In this document: in pieces, positions 1 to 12,639 of the stretch
Position numbering within the stretch: the first letter of the stretch is position 1
How the letters are laid out: each line of letters starts with the position of its first letter
From: Geosiphon pyriformis uo1
Lineage: Eukaryota; Fungi; Glomeromycota
NCBI GenBank assembly: GCA_016748015.1
Contig: JAAOMT010000761.1
Coordinates: 173,331 to 237,330, forward strand
Direction: 5' to 3'
Length of the DNA stretch: 64,000 nucleotides
Notes under the pieces: generated by a model
Told to the model about the DNA's origin: nothing
Databases searched by the model: none
What the model saw: the letters and a program-made list of their open reading frames with translations, nothing else
Position numbers and translations under genes: made by a program

Positions 1-1060
1 CATTTGGTTTTCTCTGTGATAGCACTGCTTCTAATACTTGGCCAAACACATTAATGATGATAATAAATAGTTTACTGTAGTCTGAATAGATTAGTACTGG
101 AGCTTGAATAAGCTTTCTTCTCAGTGTGTTAAACACTTTTTGTTGAGCTTCTGTCTATTTATACTTTACACTCTTAGTTTGTAGATGATGAAGTGGCTGT
201 GCCAGTTTTGAAAAATCTTTGATAAAACAGCAATAATATCCTACAAATTCTAAGAATGCTTTTAGTTCTGTCAAGTCAGTTGGTACTAGAAAGTTCTTTA
301 CTATTGTGATCTTATCTGGATTCATTTTAATACCATCTTGGCTTACAACATGTCCCAAAAACTTGAGTTCTGGTTTTCTAAAGAAGCATTTGTTGGCATT
401 TAGTTTTAATTTTGTTCATTTGAGTCTTTTAAATACTTGTTGAAGATAATGCAGATGATTATCAAATGTTTTTGAGAACACATTGGTGTCATTTAAGTAT
501 ATGACTACTGATTTCCATAGTAGTTCAGTATAGACAATTTTCATAAGTCACTGGAAAGTGGCTGGAGCATTCATTAAGCTGAATGACATCACTTCAAATT
601 TAAAATTTTTTTCTTGAGTTGTAAAAACTGTTTTTTCTTTATCTTTTGGTTTCATGGCTACTTGCCAGTAACTACTGTTTAAATCTAGAGTTAAGAACCA
701 TTTTTTTCTGCCAAAAGCATCAAAAAGTTTTTGGATCTTTGGAGTTAGGTAGCTATCTCTTTTTGTTACTCTATTTAGTTTTCAGTAATTCATACAGAAT
801 CGGATTTTCCCATTCTTTTTCCAGACTAATACTACTGGTAATCACCATGGACTCATTAATGATTAAATTAGCTTGTTGTTAAGCATCCAATTGATTTCTT
901 GACAAATGATCTCATGGCTGGCTGGTGGTACTTTGTATGCTCTCTGTTTAATTGGCATTGTATCTCCAGTCTTGATTTGGTGTTGGATAATGTCACTTCT
1001 GCCAAATTCATTTTCACTGGCAAAGATGTCATTGAAATTGTTAAGTAACATCTTGAGTTG
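1..1060 (-). pseudogene. pol: Ty3/Gypsy reverse transcriptase and start of RNase H (disrupted)
   Basis: ORFs 863-1051 (HQIKTGDTMPIKQRAYKVP) and 155-358 (GHVVSQDGIKMNPDKI...FIKDFSKLAQPL). YLND at about 490-501. Confidence 0.9.
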
Positions 1061-1509
1061 TATTTATTAAAGTAGGTCTAAGTTTCCCATGTTCATCTGT
1101 TCCAATTGTTCTGGTTGGAGTAGAAAACATTTTTTTCATCTGTATATTGTTTAAGATGTGATATCTACATATTCACATAGTTGTGTAAAGTTTGGAATGG
1201 AGTTTGGTGATTGTTCTTTAATTTTGGTGGTTAAATATCTAATAATAGTCTTTTCTAGTATTTCAATGATATCTTCCATGTTGTTGTAAATAGGAATTTT
1301 GATGTAATTGTGGTTCTTGGCTGGTATGTGTAGATTGACTAATCTAATTTTTTCTGATTTACAAAGAGTTGTCTTTACTTTAAAAATCTGAATCTAATCC
1401 TTCACTTTTTTTTTATGACTACTATGTACTGGTTATATGATGAAATAGAAATTGGTTGACAGGTGGAGATAATTTCTCTCTTGTTAACAATTTCTTCCTC
1501 TGCCATATT

Positions 1510-1860
1510 AACTGATACATTTATTCTGCCTGTGGATCTGAAACCTTGCATCCCTCTAGCTGTGATCCCTAATTCCTCTCTGTTTTCCACTAATACTAAC
1601 TGAGCTATTTTTACCAGAGATAGAAATATTGCTTGTGCTATTTTTTCATTTGGATCTATAATATGTGCTTTTTCTGAGTCGTTTTGTAACATAGCAATAA
1701 TATTTTCTATGTATCTTGCATCAATTATTTCTTCTTTGATGTTGATTCTTTTTTTGGCTAAGCTACTCTTAGATGTTAACTGTACTATTGTTGTTGCTAG
1801 AATTTCCAGTGCTATTTTGAGATCAATGCAGGTGTGCAAATGAGATTTCAATTTGATAAG
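1510..1860 (-). pseudogene. dut: Retroelement dUTPase domain; motif I apparently deleted
   Basis: ORF 1402-1959 has decayed motifs II (KSSLAKK), III (IIDARY), IV (KIAQ) and V (RGMQGFRSTG). Confidence 0.88.
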
Positions 1861-2999
1861 ATTTTTTGCTATATTGGGTGGAGCTGGAACCATTGTTTTC
1901 ATTGTCATCATTGTCAAAGTTTGAATCAAAATTAAAATTTGATTCTGATTCTGATGCACAGCTGTTGATTGATTCTTCCTCTTCTGAGATTGTGTAGATC
2001 ATGTGTATTGGTGAATTGTAAATGAGGTTACACTCATTACAATATTGAAAGTCACATAGAATTAAACAGTAGTCACATAATCAAGTATTGATTTCTTCCA
2101 AGCATTGCTCTTGCTCTTCTCTTGTAGGTGCTAGCTCTTAGTAATATTTGTGAAATTGTTCCAGATCTAAGAGATTTATGACTGGTTCTGGGTCCCAGTC
2201 AAGTTCTATGGGTTCAGGTGGGTTATTTTTAATTGTTCTTATTTCTTTTAGTAATGCTCCTTCAATTTTGGTGAGCACCATTTGCCATATTTTGTTGTTA
2301 TTGTGTGGGCAACTGTCCAGATGTTTGACTGCTCATTTCCAGGCAGTGTCTATGAGTGTTTCTTTTTTTATCTAGTTGCTTATAAGAATTGTGTATTAAC
2401 ACAATTTGTCACATGTTCCTCCTTTCCCAGAAATGTCATTCCACATTCTTTCATTAAAAAGAGTTTTTCTACAAGCCAAACATGGCTCATTATTCTATTT
2501 TCTAATTTGTTTTGGCCTTCCAAAGTGGTCAATAAGACATGGGCAGCAATAGAACTTAGTTGCCATCTAATATTCCTCATTATTGCCACAGTATATGCCA
2601 ATTAACAACAATTTCTTGTCACAATCAATGCATACCAGTTTTGGGCAGCAATAGTTAGATAGTTGTAGTGGAGTATATGTGTATGGGGTATAAGTGGCAA
2701 AGTAGTTAATATTGGTTCTTTTTCCCTCCTCTTTCTTTTTCCTTTTATATTTTTTTCCTACTTCCAACTTATTAGCTCTTCCTGATTGTTGTTGGTTTCT
2801 TAGACTTGGTCAGAATTTCAAATAGATTTTTCTTTTTTCTTTTTTTTTCTATTGTTGTCTCAAGAGAGTATTAGTGGTAACTTGTTGTGGTCTTTGTTGG
2901 CTCAAGAAACTTGGTAGACTTCCTAGATAAGTTTTTTTTCTTCTTCCTTGAACTCGATGAGTAGTGCTGGTGTGTTGGTGGTCTTGAAATAGCCACATG

Positions 3000-3400
3000 T
3001 GGCTGGTACATAAGTGTGTTGACTGTTCTGGCTAAGTTGGAGTTCTTGCATGTTCCAATCAAGTGCCACATTGGTTTTGGACAGCCAATTGTTACTAATG
3101 AGTGCTTGATATTAAGTCACTTCCATAACTAATATCTTGATTGGCACGATGATATTGTTAACTTTTATAGGAAAGTCATCAATCTTGTCAATCAGAGTTT
3201 TGGTCACTTTATCTGCAGTGATAATTTTTGCATTGGCAACTCAATCAACTCAGCGATCTAATTGGTCCATGAATTGTCTTGTGATGATGTTACCAGCTGA
3301 TCTACTATTTAGGATTAGTTTTATGTGCTGCTTATCAACTTTTACATCCATATACATTGTAGTAATGAGTTTTGATTCTAGAACAGCTCTACTGAATAGC
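3000..3400 (-). pseudogene. Retroviral-type aspartic protease (disrupted)
   Basis: Minus-strand translation IKLILNSRSAGNIIT (decayed LDSGS) ... YQALISNNWL (decayed LxGNDWL). Confidence 0.8.
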
Positions 3401-3949
3401 GGCATTTTGACTAGTTCTTCAAATTCAAAAGGGAAAATAGCAGTAAGTAATTTGTCTTCAGTAATAGTTGCTGGTAGGATATTATTGGTAAGTGGCTGCT
3501 TTTGTTTGGTTTCTAGGTTGTGAAATGTGGCATTTTTTGTGGTTACCAGAAAACTTAAATAGTTCTAAGAACTTGGGTTTTGAGTATACCCAGTTTCTGA
3601 ACTCTGTTGTCAAGATCCTGATGGTTGTGTAAAAAACTGAAGATCAGTTGGTGAACCACCATTAACAATCTCCAGCTTTGTTGTGTCAGTCTTGGCCTTT
3701 GAGTTCTATTTTGAAGTAAGTTTTGTGGCGGTGTTTGAATTTGTTGAGGTTGATAGATTACTTGAAGCTGTGGTTAATAAATGAGTTGGAACTGTAGTTG
3801 ATAAACAATGGGTACTGAGGGCTGATAAATTGGTGGTTGATAGATAAACTGTTGTATTACAGGTAGGTAATTTGGTTGATATGGTGCTGGATTGGGTTGA
3901 TAATTCAGAGCTTAAAACTGGCAATTAGGGTTTCAATATTGATTTCCCG

Positions 3950-6144
3950 ATTATGAATTATTATTATAAGCATGGCAATTAATTTTCAAATGACTTTGTT
4001 TACCACAATTGTGACAAATATGTGTTTCTTGTTACTATTGCTAATTGGATGATGATGATAGATGCGACTGATTTTGAGAGTGATTTATGCTTCCGGAATT
4101 ATTATGTTGTTGAGGTGGCTGATAAATTGCACAATTGTTAGCTAAGTATCTTTTCAATTTCTGATTAATTGAATTACTAAGTTGTTTTAATTTGGAATCA
4201 AAGTTAGATGATCTATTCATGACTAGATTAATAGCTTGGGCATAGTTTGGATGAAGTTCTGCCAATTCAAAATTTCTTATATTGGTGACTGTGTCTTAGA
4301 GAGTTTGTGAGTGTATTGGATATATGCATTGGAGAAGACTACTGCACAGTCTATGGATGAACTGATTTAGAATCTGTGGTGCTATAAAATAGTCAGCTTG
4401 AATTGCTTGAATTTGGAGCAAGTTTCTGTAAAAGCATCTCAAGTAAGTGATAACTGCTTCAGTTTCTTCCTGTTTGATTGTAGTGAAAGTGTTGGCTAAG
4501 TAATTAATACTGTTATTATTACTGAAATATCCCAAGAATGCAATTTTAAATTCCTGGAATGTTTGAGGTTTAGTGGCTAAACTCTGATACCACGAGTTGA
4601 CAATATCCTATAGAAAATAGAGAATTGCTTGAAGAGCTCTGTTATTGTTCTATTCATTGACTGCAATGGCTTTTTCTAAATTATTGAGCCATACTTGGAC
4701 ATTGTCCTTTTTACCAGTAAATTTTTTTATTTTGGCAATTGGAGCATAGGCCATTGGTTATTGCTGAATTTGTTGTTAGGATAACAGTTGTGGCTGTTGT
4801 TGCTGTTTGGCGATTGGTGGGATGAGTAGTGGATTAATTTTGATTATTAAAGGTAAGTTTTGTTGATTAATTATGTTAGGGTTTTGATCATTCTGATTTT
4901 CTGGAGTTTGATTAACTAGAGTTTTAATTTCTGAATTTTCTAGGATCAGGTTTTGTTTGCTAATTTCTTGATCACTATTCTTTTCTTCCTTAGAGTTGGT
5001 TATTTCCCAAGAACTAATGGCTCTGAAATCTGATTATGGTGGTAGTAATCAAATTTCTGATGGCATTGGGAATCACAATTTAAATTCCTCAAAATAATTG
5101 CTGTATGTTCTTAATAACTCTGCTTTCTTTTGTTTACTCTGGAATAGAATTCTGTTTAGTGGCATTGTTGCGTTTACTGTAGCTGTGCTTATTATATTAA
5201 TAGTGCTTCTGGATATATAGTGATATGATGGATTAGCAAGTAAATTAAATCTTTGTTTCTTCCAAATGAGTAGTTAAATTTGCTTTGGTATTCTTGCTGG
5301 TGTTTGTAATCTTCTTTTTTTTTGTTGGTAAAAGTGATAGAAAATTTCTATTTAGTGTATTTTTTAATTTTCCTGTTTATTTCTGTAATTAGGAGTGCAA
5401 ATAAGTAGTTTTGTGGAAGAATAGTGCTTTGAAGCAATTCACTAAAGAAGTTGTTGAAGGTGAATTCTAGATCTCTTTGGCCTTCCAAGTGATATATTAT
5501 TTTTTTGTTGGTATAGCAATTAAAAGCTGATTCTGTTGGCCAACTATTATTTGTTAATTCAAAGTGGGTGTAATAGTGTTGGAATAAGGATTTTGCAAAT
5601 TTTAGATGGTTTGTTTCTGTTTCTTTGGATTCTGCCACTGTTTCAGATGAGTGTTGTGGTGTTGGTTTCTCTGTTGAATTATACCTCACAGAGAGCACCA
5701 AATGTTACAGATGTTTATTTGGGGTCTCAAATCAAATAACAAATCTGTAACTTGGTGTTTAATTTATATTGGTATTGGTGTCTGGAGATTTCTGTGATTT
5801 GAAGGTTTTGTTGTGGAGTTCTTTGTATAATGAACAGAGATTTAATTGATAGTTTTATCCATAGCTTTCCAAAACCACAGTTTCATCAATTTTTTTCTCA
5901 GCATAATGGCCAGCAATTCTCTTGGTAAGATATCCTCAATCCCAAGTGTCTACTCTTATTTCTGGGTCTTTTATCAGTGCTATATCCTGACATTAGTACC
6001 TCCGCATATGAATCTTTTTAATTAAGTTAGTAAACAAAAAAAATAACAAAAAAAAAGGAAAAAAAAAGAAAATACAGAATAAACCAAGACAATAATAGTT
6101 AGTATCTTGTCAATAGCTGTGATCAAGAGCTATTGTTCTAGCAT
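3950..6144 (-). pseudogene. gag: Gag-like ORF with long N-terminal extension, apparently starting inside the LTR with one intron (6014-6105)
   Basis: Capsid-like region 4296-4750 (KFTG...WLNNLEKAI...AFLGYFSNNNS...IKQEETEAV) and CHNCGKQSHLKINC knuckle at about 3975-4020. ORF 5348-5701 continues upstream in frame through PBS and LTR with only C>T-type stops. Confidence 0.75.
5684..5700 (-). promoter_or_regulatory. Primer-binding site
   Basis: Minus strand TGTAACA-TT-TGGTGCTCTCTGTGAGG, complementary to a tRNA 3' end (...CCUCACAGAGAGCACCA). Resembles elongator Met or Ile(UAU); not resolvable here. Confidence 0.85.
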
Positions 6145-6533
6145 GGTTAAGTATTCAAGACTATTAACATAAAGTGTTGATAGTGGAGAGTAAATTGGGA
6201 TATTGAATAGTTATTTATTAATAATTGTGAATTGAAAGGTTGCTTAGATTAAATCTAAACTAAGAGGTCTGTCTTTTTTATTTCTAATACTACCACTATA
6301 TATACATAATTGAAATTCCTTAATTCTTTGATTCCTTACACCAGGAATTCTGGAATTTCTGGAATCCTGCAATTCTTTTTGAGAAGAATTCTGGAATTCT
6401 GGAATCCTGCAAATTTTTGTGTGAGAATTCTAAAATTCTTTTTGAAAGGAATCCTAGAATTTCACATCTACTGTGCCTACTTCTGATTGGCTAATTTATA
6501 TGCTAATATACTTCTTATATTCTATGAGTAACA
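5703..6533 (-). repeat. 5' LTR of the Gypsy element (831 bp)
   Basis: TGTTAC...GTAACA inverted termini, 2 nt upstream of the PBS, TATA-like tract near 6300, U3 subrepeats at 6340-6465. Partner LTR is outside the window. Confidence 0.82.
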
Positions 6534-6559
6534 ACATAAAAAAACTTTTTATTGTTTTT

Positions 6560-7400
6560 TAATACTAATTTTATATCCAAAAAACTATGTACAGACTAAA
6601 AAACAGTCTTAATATGAGCCAATTTGATTTTAAAAGTTGTACTAAATACCAAAATAAAAGTTATTTACCCAGTAAATTTTTAATAACTAATAATAGTTTT
6701 TTAAGCACTACCAATAGCAAAAACCAGCAAAGAAAATAATTTAATTTCTATTTGGTTAGTCCAATTCTTAAAAACAGATAACTTCACAGAAAATAATTGT
6801 TTTGTTTTTAAAACTGATAATAATTTGCTAAAAAACACCATATTTGACAATATAGCCAGTAGTTAATCTTGGTTTATCTTAAATAATATACCAAATAATA
6901 CAACAGAAATTTCATTTAAAATCTTATTAGAAACTACAAAAGAGTTTAGTGTAACAATAGTAAAAGTAAATAACTGTTCTACTTTTTTGAATCTTGGTTT
7001 TTTTGACTATATTTTTTAAAAAAGTGGTATTAGTAGCACCAGATGTAAAAATTATAAAAAAGAAAACCAGCTTGTTAATTGGTCTGTTATTAAAATTTTT
7101 TGAACTCTTAAATAAGATGGAAACAACAACAGAACTAACTTAAGTGTGTTTCTTTAAGAGAATTTTAACTGGTAAAAACCAGTCAAAGATAAGAAAGATG
7201 TTTTAGTAACTATTAAAGGCAGCTTTTTATGATTATTAAATAAAAAAAATGTTTTTAAAACGTTATATTTAGCAGTTTTTACAACAAAAAGAGCTTTTTT
7301 AGTTGAAATTTTATTAAATATTTCAGAAAAAATATTAAATACAGCTTTTTTACTCTTTGTTTTGATCATAGTCATAAAACTAAAGAAATAAAAAGTTGTA
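6560..7400 (-). mobile_element. Heavily decayed retroelement ORF relic, probably ORF1 of a different LINE family
   Basis: ORF 7154-7375 (MTMIKTKSKKAVFNIFSEIFNK...) and a following Ser/Thr/Pro-rich frame. Assignment rests on recollection of similar fungal LINE ORF1 N-termini. Confidence 0.4.
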
Positions 7401-9377
7401 ATTTAAATATATATATAATATAAATTAATTAATTATATATTAAAAGTAATTAAATAATATAATATTAAAAATTTTAAGAATATCAAAAATAATAAGAATG
7501 TCAAAAATTTAAAAAATATTAATAATTAAAAATATTAGAATATTTTATATAATAAAAGTGATAAAAAAAAGTATTAAAGTTAGAATTTAAATAATCAAAG
7601 CAGATTTTTTTAAATAAATTACATTTATTATTTATAATAAAACTTATTTATTAATTTTTAAATTTAAAATTACTTAATATATTGTTAAAATACTTATATT
7701 TTACATTCTGTTTAATAAAAATAATTAATATCAAAAACATATATTTAAAAAATTTAATATATTAAAACAATAAATTTTGTTTATAATTATTTATAAGATA
7801 TTAATTTTAATTTTATTTTATTTATATGTTTTATTTGTTTTGTGTTAGAACTAATTAATTAAAAAATAAATATTAAAATTATAATATTATAAATAATATA
7901 ATAAAAAACATAAAATTAACTTATTAATAAATAATTTACCAAAAAAATAAAAAACATTAAAATAAATCGGCTTTTATGTTAAAAAAATAAAACATAAATT
8001 ATTATTAATTATTATAACTTGAATTTCTGTTTTTTATACAAAAATCTTCAAATATCTCAATATTTTCAAATTTTATAATTAAATTACAGTGCCAATTTGT
8101 AAATTAAATTTATTTATAATATTAAATTTTTTTAATATTGTGTTATTAAAACTTAATAAATTTTTTTTTTAATAAATTACATGTATTTTTTTTTAATAAT
8201 TAGCTTGATTTAAAAAATTATTATATGTAATATTAAAAATAAAAACAATTTTGCAAAATAAGAAATCATTATTTAATAACACAAAAAAAATAATTGTGTT
8301 ATATAATTGTTATTATAATTAAACTTATAATAATATATAAGTTAAAAATATTTTTAATATACTTAAATTTTATTTTAACAGAAATTTTAGATATTTAGAT
8401 TTAATGTAATTATTATTATAATAATAATATTAATAATATTAAAAAAATTAAAAAATTAAAAAGTTAATATTTAATATTTTAATTGATTTTTAAAAATAAA
8501 TTTATTTGGTTTATATTAATATTTATGCTAAAATATTTACAAATGATTATTTTACTTAATTTAAAAATATTAATAACATAATTGCTAAAATTTTAAATAA
8601 ATATTAATTTGTAATAATAAGTAATAACTTAAATAAATATAAATATAAAAACAATATTAGTTTAAATAGATTTAAAAATATAAATTTAGTTAATTATATA
8701 TATATAAAAAACTGAATTTAAAACTAAATTTAAAGCAATTTTTAAAAAACTTATAAAATTTTAAATTTTTTTTAAGTAATACATTTTTGAATATATTTAT
8801 AAGTAATATAATTAATAGTATAAATAAGTTTTTAACATAAATTATAAATTTGTTTTAATTTAAGTAAATTTAAAAATTTTATTAATTATTACTAAATAAA
8901 TTAATAAAAATAAATAAAAATTTAGTTTATTTAATAATATAATTTAATATAAATTTAAAATAATATATTTAAATTTGTTATTAATTTGGCTTGAAAATTT
9001 AAAAATACTAAATTTTATTGTAATTTAATAAAATATAAAATTTTGTATTATCTACTGTTTTAGATTTAATAATAAAACTGGTTTTGTAATATTAAATATA
9101 ATTTTTTAAACTTAAACATATTTAAAACAATTAGTTAAACAGCTTAAAAAAATTTACCAAAAAAATAATATGCTTAAATTTACTTAATTAATAAAACAAA
9201 TATTAAAAAAGATATAAATAAGTATATAAAATTTTTTGTGTTTAACAAAAAATACATAATTAAAAATAGTTTAAAAAAACCATTTAGAAAAATTTTTTTA
9301 ATTTATTTAGTTTATAATAATAATATTATTTTTAAAAAAATTGTTATTTTATACTTCATAAGAAAATTAAAAAAAAC

Positions 9378-12300
9378 TTATTTCTTTTGTTCATTCCAAA
9401 TTCCCAGAAAAAGTCAAAAGTTTTTTTTGAAAGAAGTTTTTTCAATATTTAGTACAATAAAACCAAACTGTTTTTTGATTTTGAGACTACTGTTGGCCCT
9501 AGTGTTACTGTTATAAAAAAAATTGCTAAGGAATCTGGTTTTGATGGTGGTTTTAAGTCTGTTTTGTCAAGGAAAAAGAGAAAAAGTGTTACTTTAAAAG
9601 AGGGTATTGGTGGCAAAAGGATACCAACTAAGATGCCTAGTGGTCATTTATGGAGTTCTGAGACTGGTGATACCACCAAGTTGGAAAGCATTGATATGGA
9701 AGAGGAATGTCTAGTGGAAAAAACTAGCTTTGACTATGATGAGAATGGCACTATTGCTGATGGAAATCATGATCAAATGCCTAAAGAGCCAGATATCAAA
9801 ACTAAAAAGGCTTTGAGCAAGCCATTAGGAAAGATAAATTTCTCAATAAATAATATTGATGACAATGTTTTTTTGGATGCTTCCTTAGAACTTTCCCCTC
9901 TCTTGAAGAATCTGGTTTTTGTTTCTGTTAGGAAGTCTTTCACTTTGGATATTGGCTTGGATAAAGTGGTTGAAAATTTTTCTCAAGAAAAGCTGATGGT
10001 AGTTAAAAAATTGTTTTCAAAAGTCAATGGTTTTGGGGAGGTTTCTACTCCCTCAAAATTCTCAGGGATCATTTGTGCTTCTTTCATTTCCGAATTTAAT
10101 TTGGTGCAGGCAACAAAAAAGACAAGAGCAGCAGATATTTTAATAAACACCAATCTTAAAAAATTAAATATTTGCTCAGATCGGGCTGTGGTGGTTAAAA
10201 AAATTCCAGTTGGAACATTGGCTGAGGCTGTGTGTGCTGCGCTTTCTGAATTTGGTTCTGTTATGTCAATCAAAATGCAGTTGGTAGGGCTATGGCAAAA
10301 GGCTGTGGTGTAATTTGCCCAATCAGATCAGACTGATTTGGTAGTAGCTAGATGGTTCATCTTAATTGGAAAAAATGCTGTGAGAGTGGCCAAGACTAAT
10401 GTAGACAAGAAATTATGGGATACAAGGAATCAGCATAAGGCTTTGCTCTATACACTGCTAATGGGCACTAATACACATAATATCTGAAATTTCATTAGTT
10501 CTGTGGGTGGAAAAACATGTGTCATCAATTGCCATTTTGTTACATATACTTGGGCCAGATGTGCTGTTGTTTGTTTTGACTCTGCTGCTTCAATTAATGC
10601 TGTTATGGAAACTACACCTGTCTTGAAGGGTGCCAAATTGCATTGGTCTCACTTGAGTTTTGCTAAGTGTGCTAAATGTGAAAATTTAGGTTATATGTCT
10701 CTAAGTTGTTCTATGGATGGAAAAACTTCTCTTAATAAACCAACTCACAGAATATTGTCAGAAGATAATAAAAGCAGACTGGCTTCCATTTATGCTAGGT
10801 GCTCTGCTCCAATCTTCTATCTTGTTTCTTTTGGTGGTATCTCATAGATTAATGTTGTTGGTGGGTCTTCTTTCCCTCTTTTCTCTGTACACAATGGCTC
10901 AGCTTCTTCTGGTTTTTCTTTGGAGAAGAAACCTACTCTAATGGTGTCTATAAAATTGAATGATAAGTTTCCCACTCTTAAGCATAGTCTTGCCAGCTTC
11001 ACAGAATGTGTAGACAAATTGGCTAAGAGATTAGACTCACCTGGGCCAATGGTTTCTTAGCCTAGCCCTGGATGTTAGCCATTAGTGACCCCTTTATTAC
11101 AGAATCAAGAGGTAGATATAGTGATGAGTGAAGGTTCAGGTGTAGTTACTGGTAGTAAGACTATTGTAGAAGTGGCGGTTTTTGATTCTTCAGTTGTCTC
11201 TAAAATGGAAGAAACTTTGAACAATCTTTCAATCACGGTTATGGGCCTCTCAGCCAAAATTGACAATGTTAGTTTAGTTTTTGCTGCTCTTTTTTCTCAA
11301 TGATAGAGCTAATATGGAGGTTTGCTACATGCAATGTTTGGGGTCTCAATGTCTCTGTTAAGCAGAAAGACGTTTTTTGTTGGCACAGAAAGTCCAGCAA
11401 TATGATGTCTATTGTTATGGAAACAAAATTAAGATCTAATGTTAGATTATGGATTATGAACAAATTTGATGGAGTGTGCATTTTCACATCTGGCCTAAAT
11501 AATGGGTTTCTTGGAGCTGGAATAGCAATAGTTATGAACAATTCTCTGGCTCAATATGTTTCCAAAGTAGAGGAGGTTCCTGGTCATATTATTTTGGTGC
11601 ATCTTATTTTTAAAGACAAGGTTTCAGTCTCAATTGTTGGTTTGTATGCTTGTGCCTCTTCTGGTAACTGGTTTGGATAAGCACCTAGTGTTAATTTTTT
11701 CATAGCTCAGGTGGTCAATTCCAGTAATTTTGTTGTCTTGGGCAGTGATTTTAATAAAAGCAAGTCAATAAAAAGTGCAAGTTTTGGGTTTTGTTCAGGT
11801 TTAGATTTGGTCAATTTTTTTTGGAGGCATTTTTTGGCTGGAGCTCCTACATGGAGCAATTTGAAAGGCATTGAAAAGGTTATTGATCACATTTTTGTTA
11901 GTAAGAGCTTGATTTCAGCTACAGCCAGCCACAGAGTGAAATCTGTAACTGAGTTTTTTAACACTGATCATAGGGCTGTCTTAGTCTCAGTGGGCTTGAG
12001 TGATCTTTTGAACATGTATTTAGATGATATATGTAGGCATGCTAATAAGAATTACTGAAAATTCAAGCTAAAAAATGTGGATATCAATGGCTAGAGGCAT
12101 TTTATAAAGTGCTCTTCAAACAAGTTTTTGGAGAAGTCAATTGTGTTTTATGATGCAGAATATAATAGTAACTTGGATGATATATGGAATGTTCTCAAGG
12201 AAATAACAATTAATTCTGCTGATGTAATCTTTTCTAGACTTTGATTTAGCAAATTCAATAGTGCAAGGAACAAAGCTTCTTCAAAATTTCATGGATTAAA

Positions 12301-12607
12301 GCTGCTAATATCCAAGATTGTCAATAGTATGAAAACAGGTTTGAGTTTGAAGACTGACTATTTTATTACTACATGAACAGGCTTAGATAATGATTGGACA
12401 TTCAAGATTCGAATTATGATCAATAAAAGTGTTAGGATTGAGGATATTGTATATTACATTTCAGTTGCCAAAAAAAGATATTACAGGTTCAAATATCATG
12501 AATCTAGGGTTGCCCAAGATAAGTCCATCAGGGTGGCTGTGGCAAAGTGTATAGAGAATTTCTGTTTAGATAAGGAGAGAATAATAAAAAGTGTTCTAGA
12601 TTGGTAA
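9378..12607 (+). mobile_element. LINE copy A (3'-truncated): ORF1 about 9513-11303, ORF2 APE domain and linker 11300-12607
   Basis: Collinear with copy C in 5' UTR and ORF1. CAKCENLGY knuckle, ATGA overlap at 11300-11303, APE motifs TCNV, METKL, GSDFN, IDH, TDH. Homology stops abruptly near 12605. Confidence 0.92.
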
Positions 12608-12639
12608 TTTTTTTACCAGAGTATAATATATAAACCAAA

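Larger units (their letters stand above)
1..6533 (-). mobile_element. Degenerate Ty3/Gypsy LTR retrotransposon carrying dUTPase (5' LTR to start of RNase H; 3' part lies outside the window)
   Basis: Minus-strand order is LTR, PBS, Gag with CCHC knuckle, aspartic protease, Cys-rich domain, dUTPase, RT (PIKQRAY, MSFSLMNAPATFQ, YLND for YLDD, FLGH), RNase H start. No integrase between PR and RT, consistent with Ty3/Gypsy. Many stops and frameshifts. Confidence 0.93.

Noticed and set aside
9238-9516. Short K/I/F/N-rich ORFs (also 17645-17857, 39367-39615, 60539-60787)
   Set aside because: Compositional artefacts of AT-rich DNA.
12600-12625. LINE A breakpoint followed by TTTTACCAGA, resembling the LTR start TGTTACCAGA and close to the site hit in copy B
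   Set aside because: Similarity stops after about 8 bp and the downstream DNA is a kinase fragment, so no insertion hotspot can be claimed.
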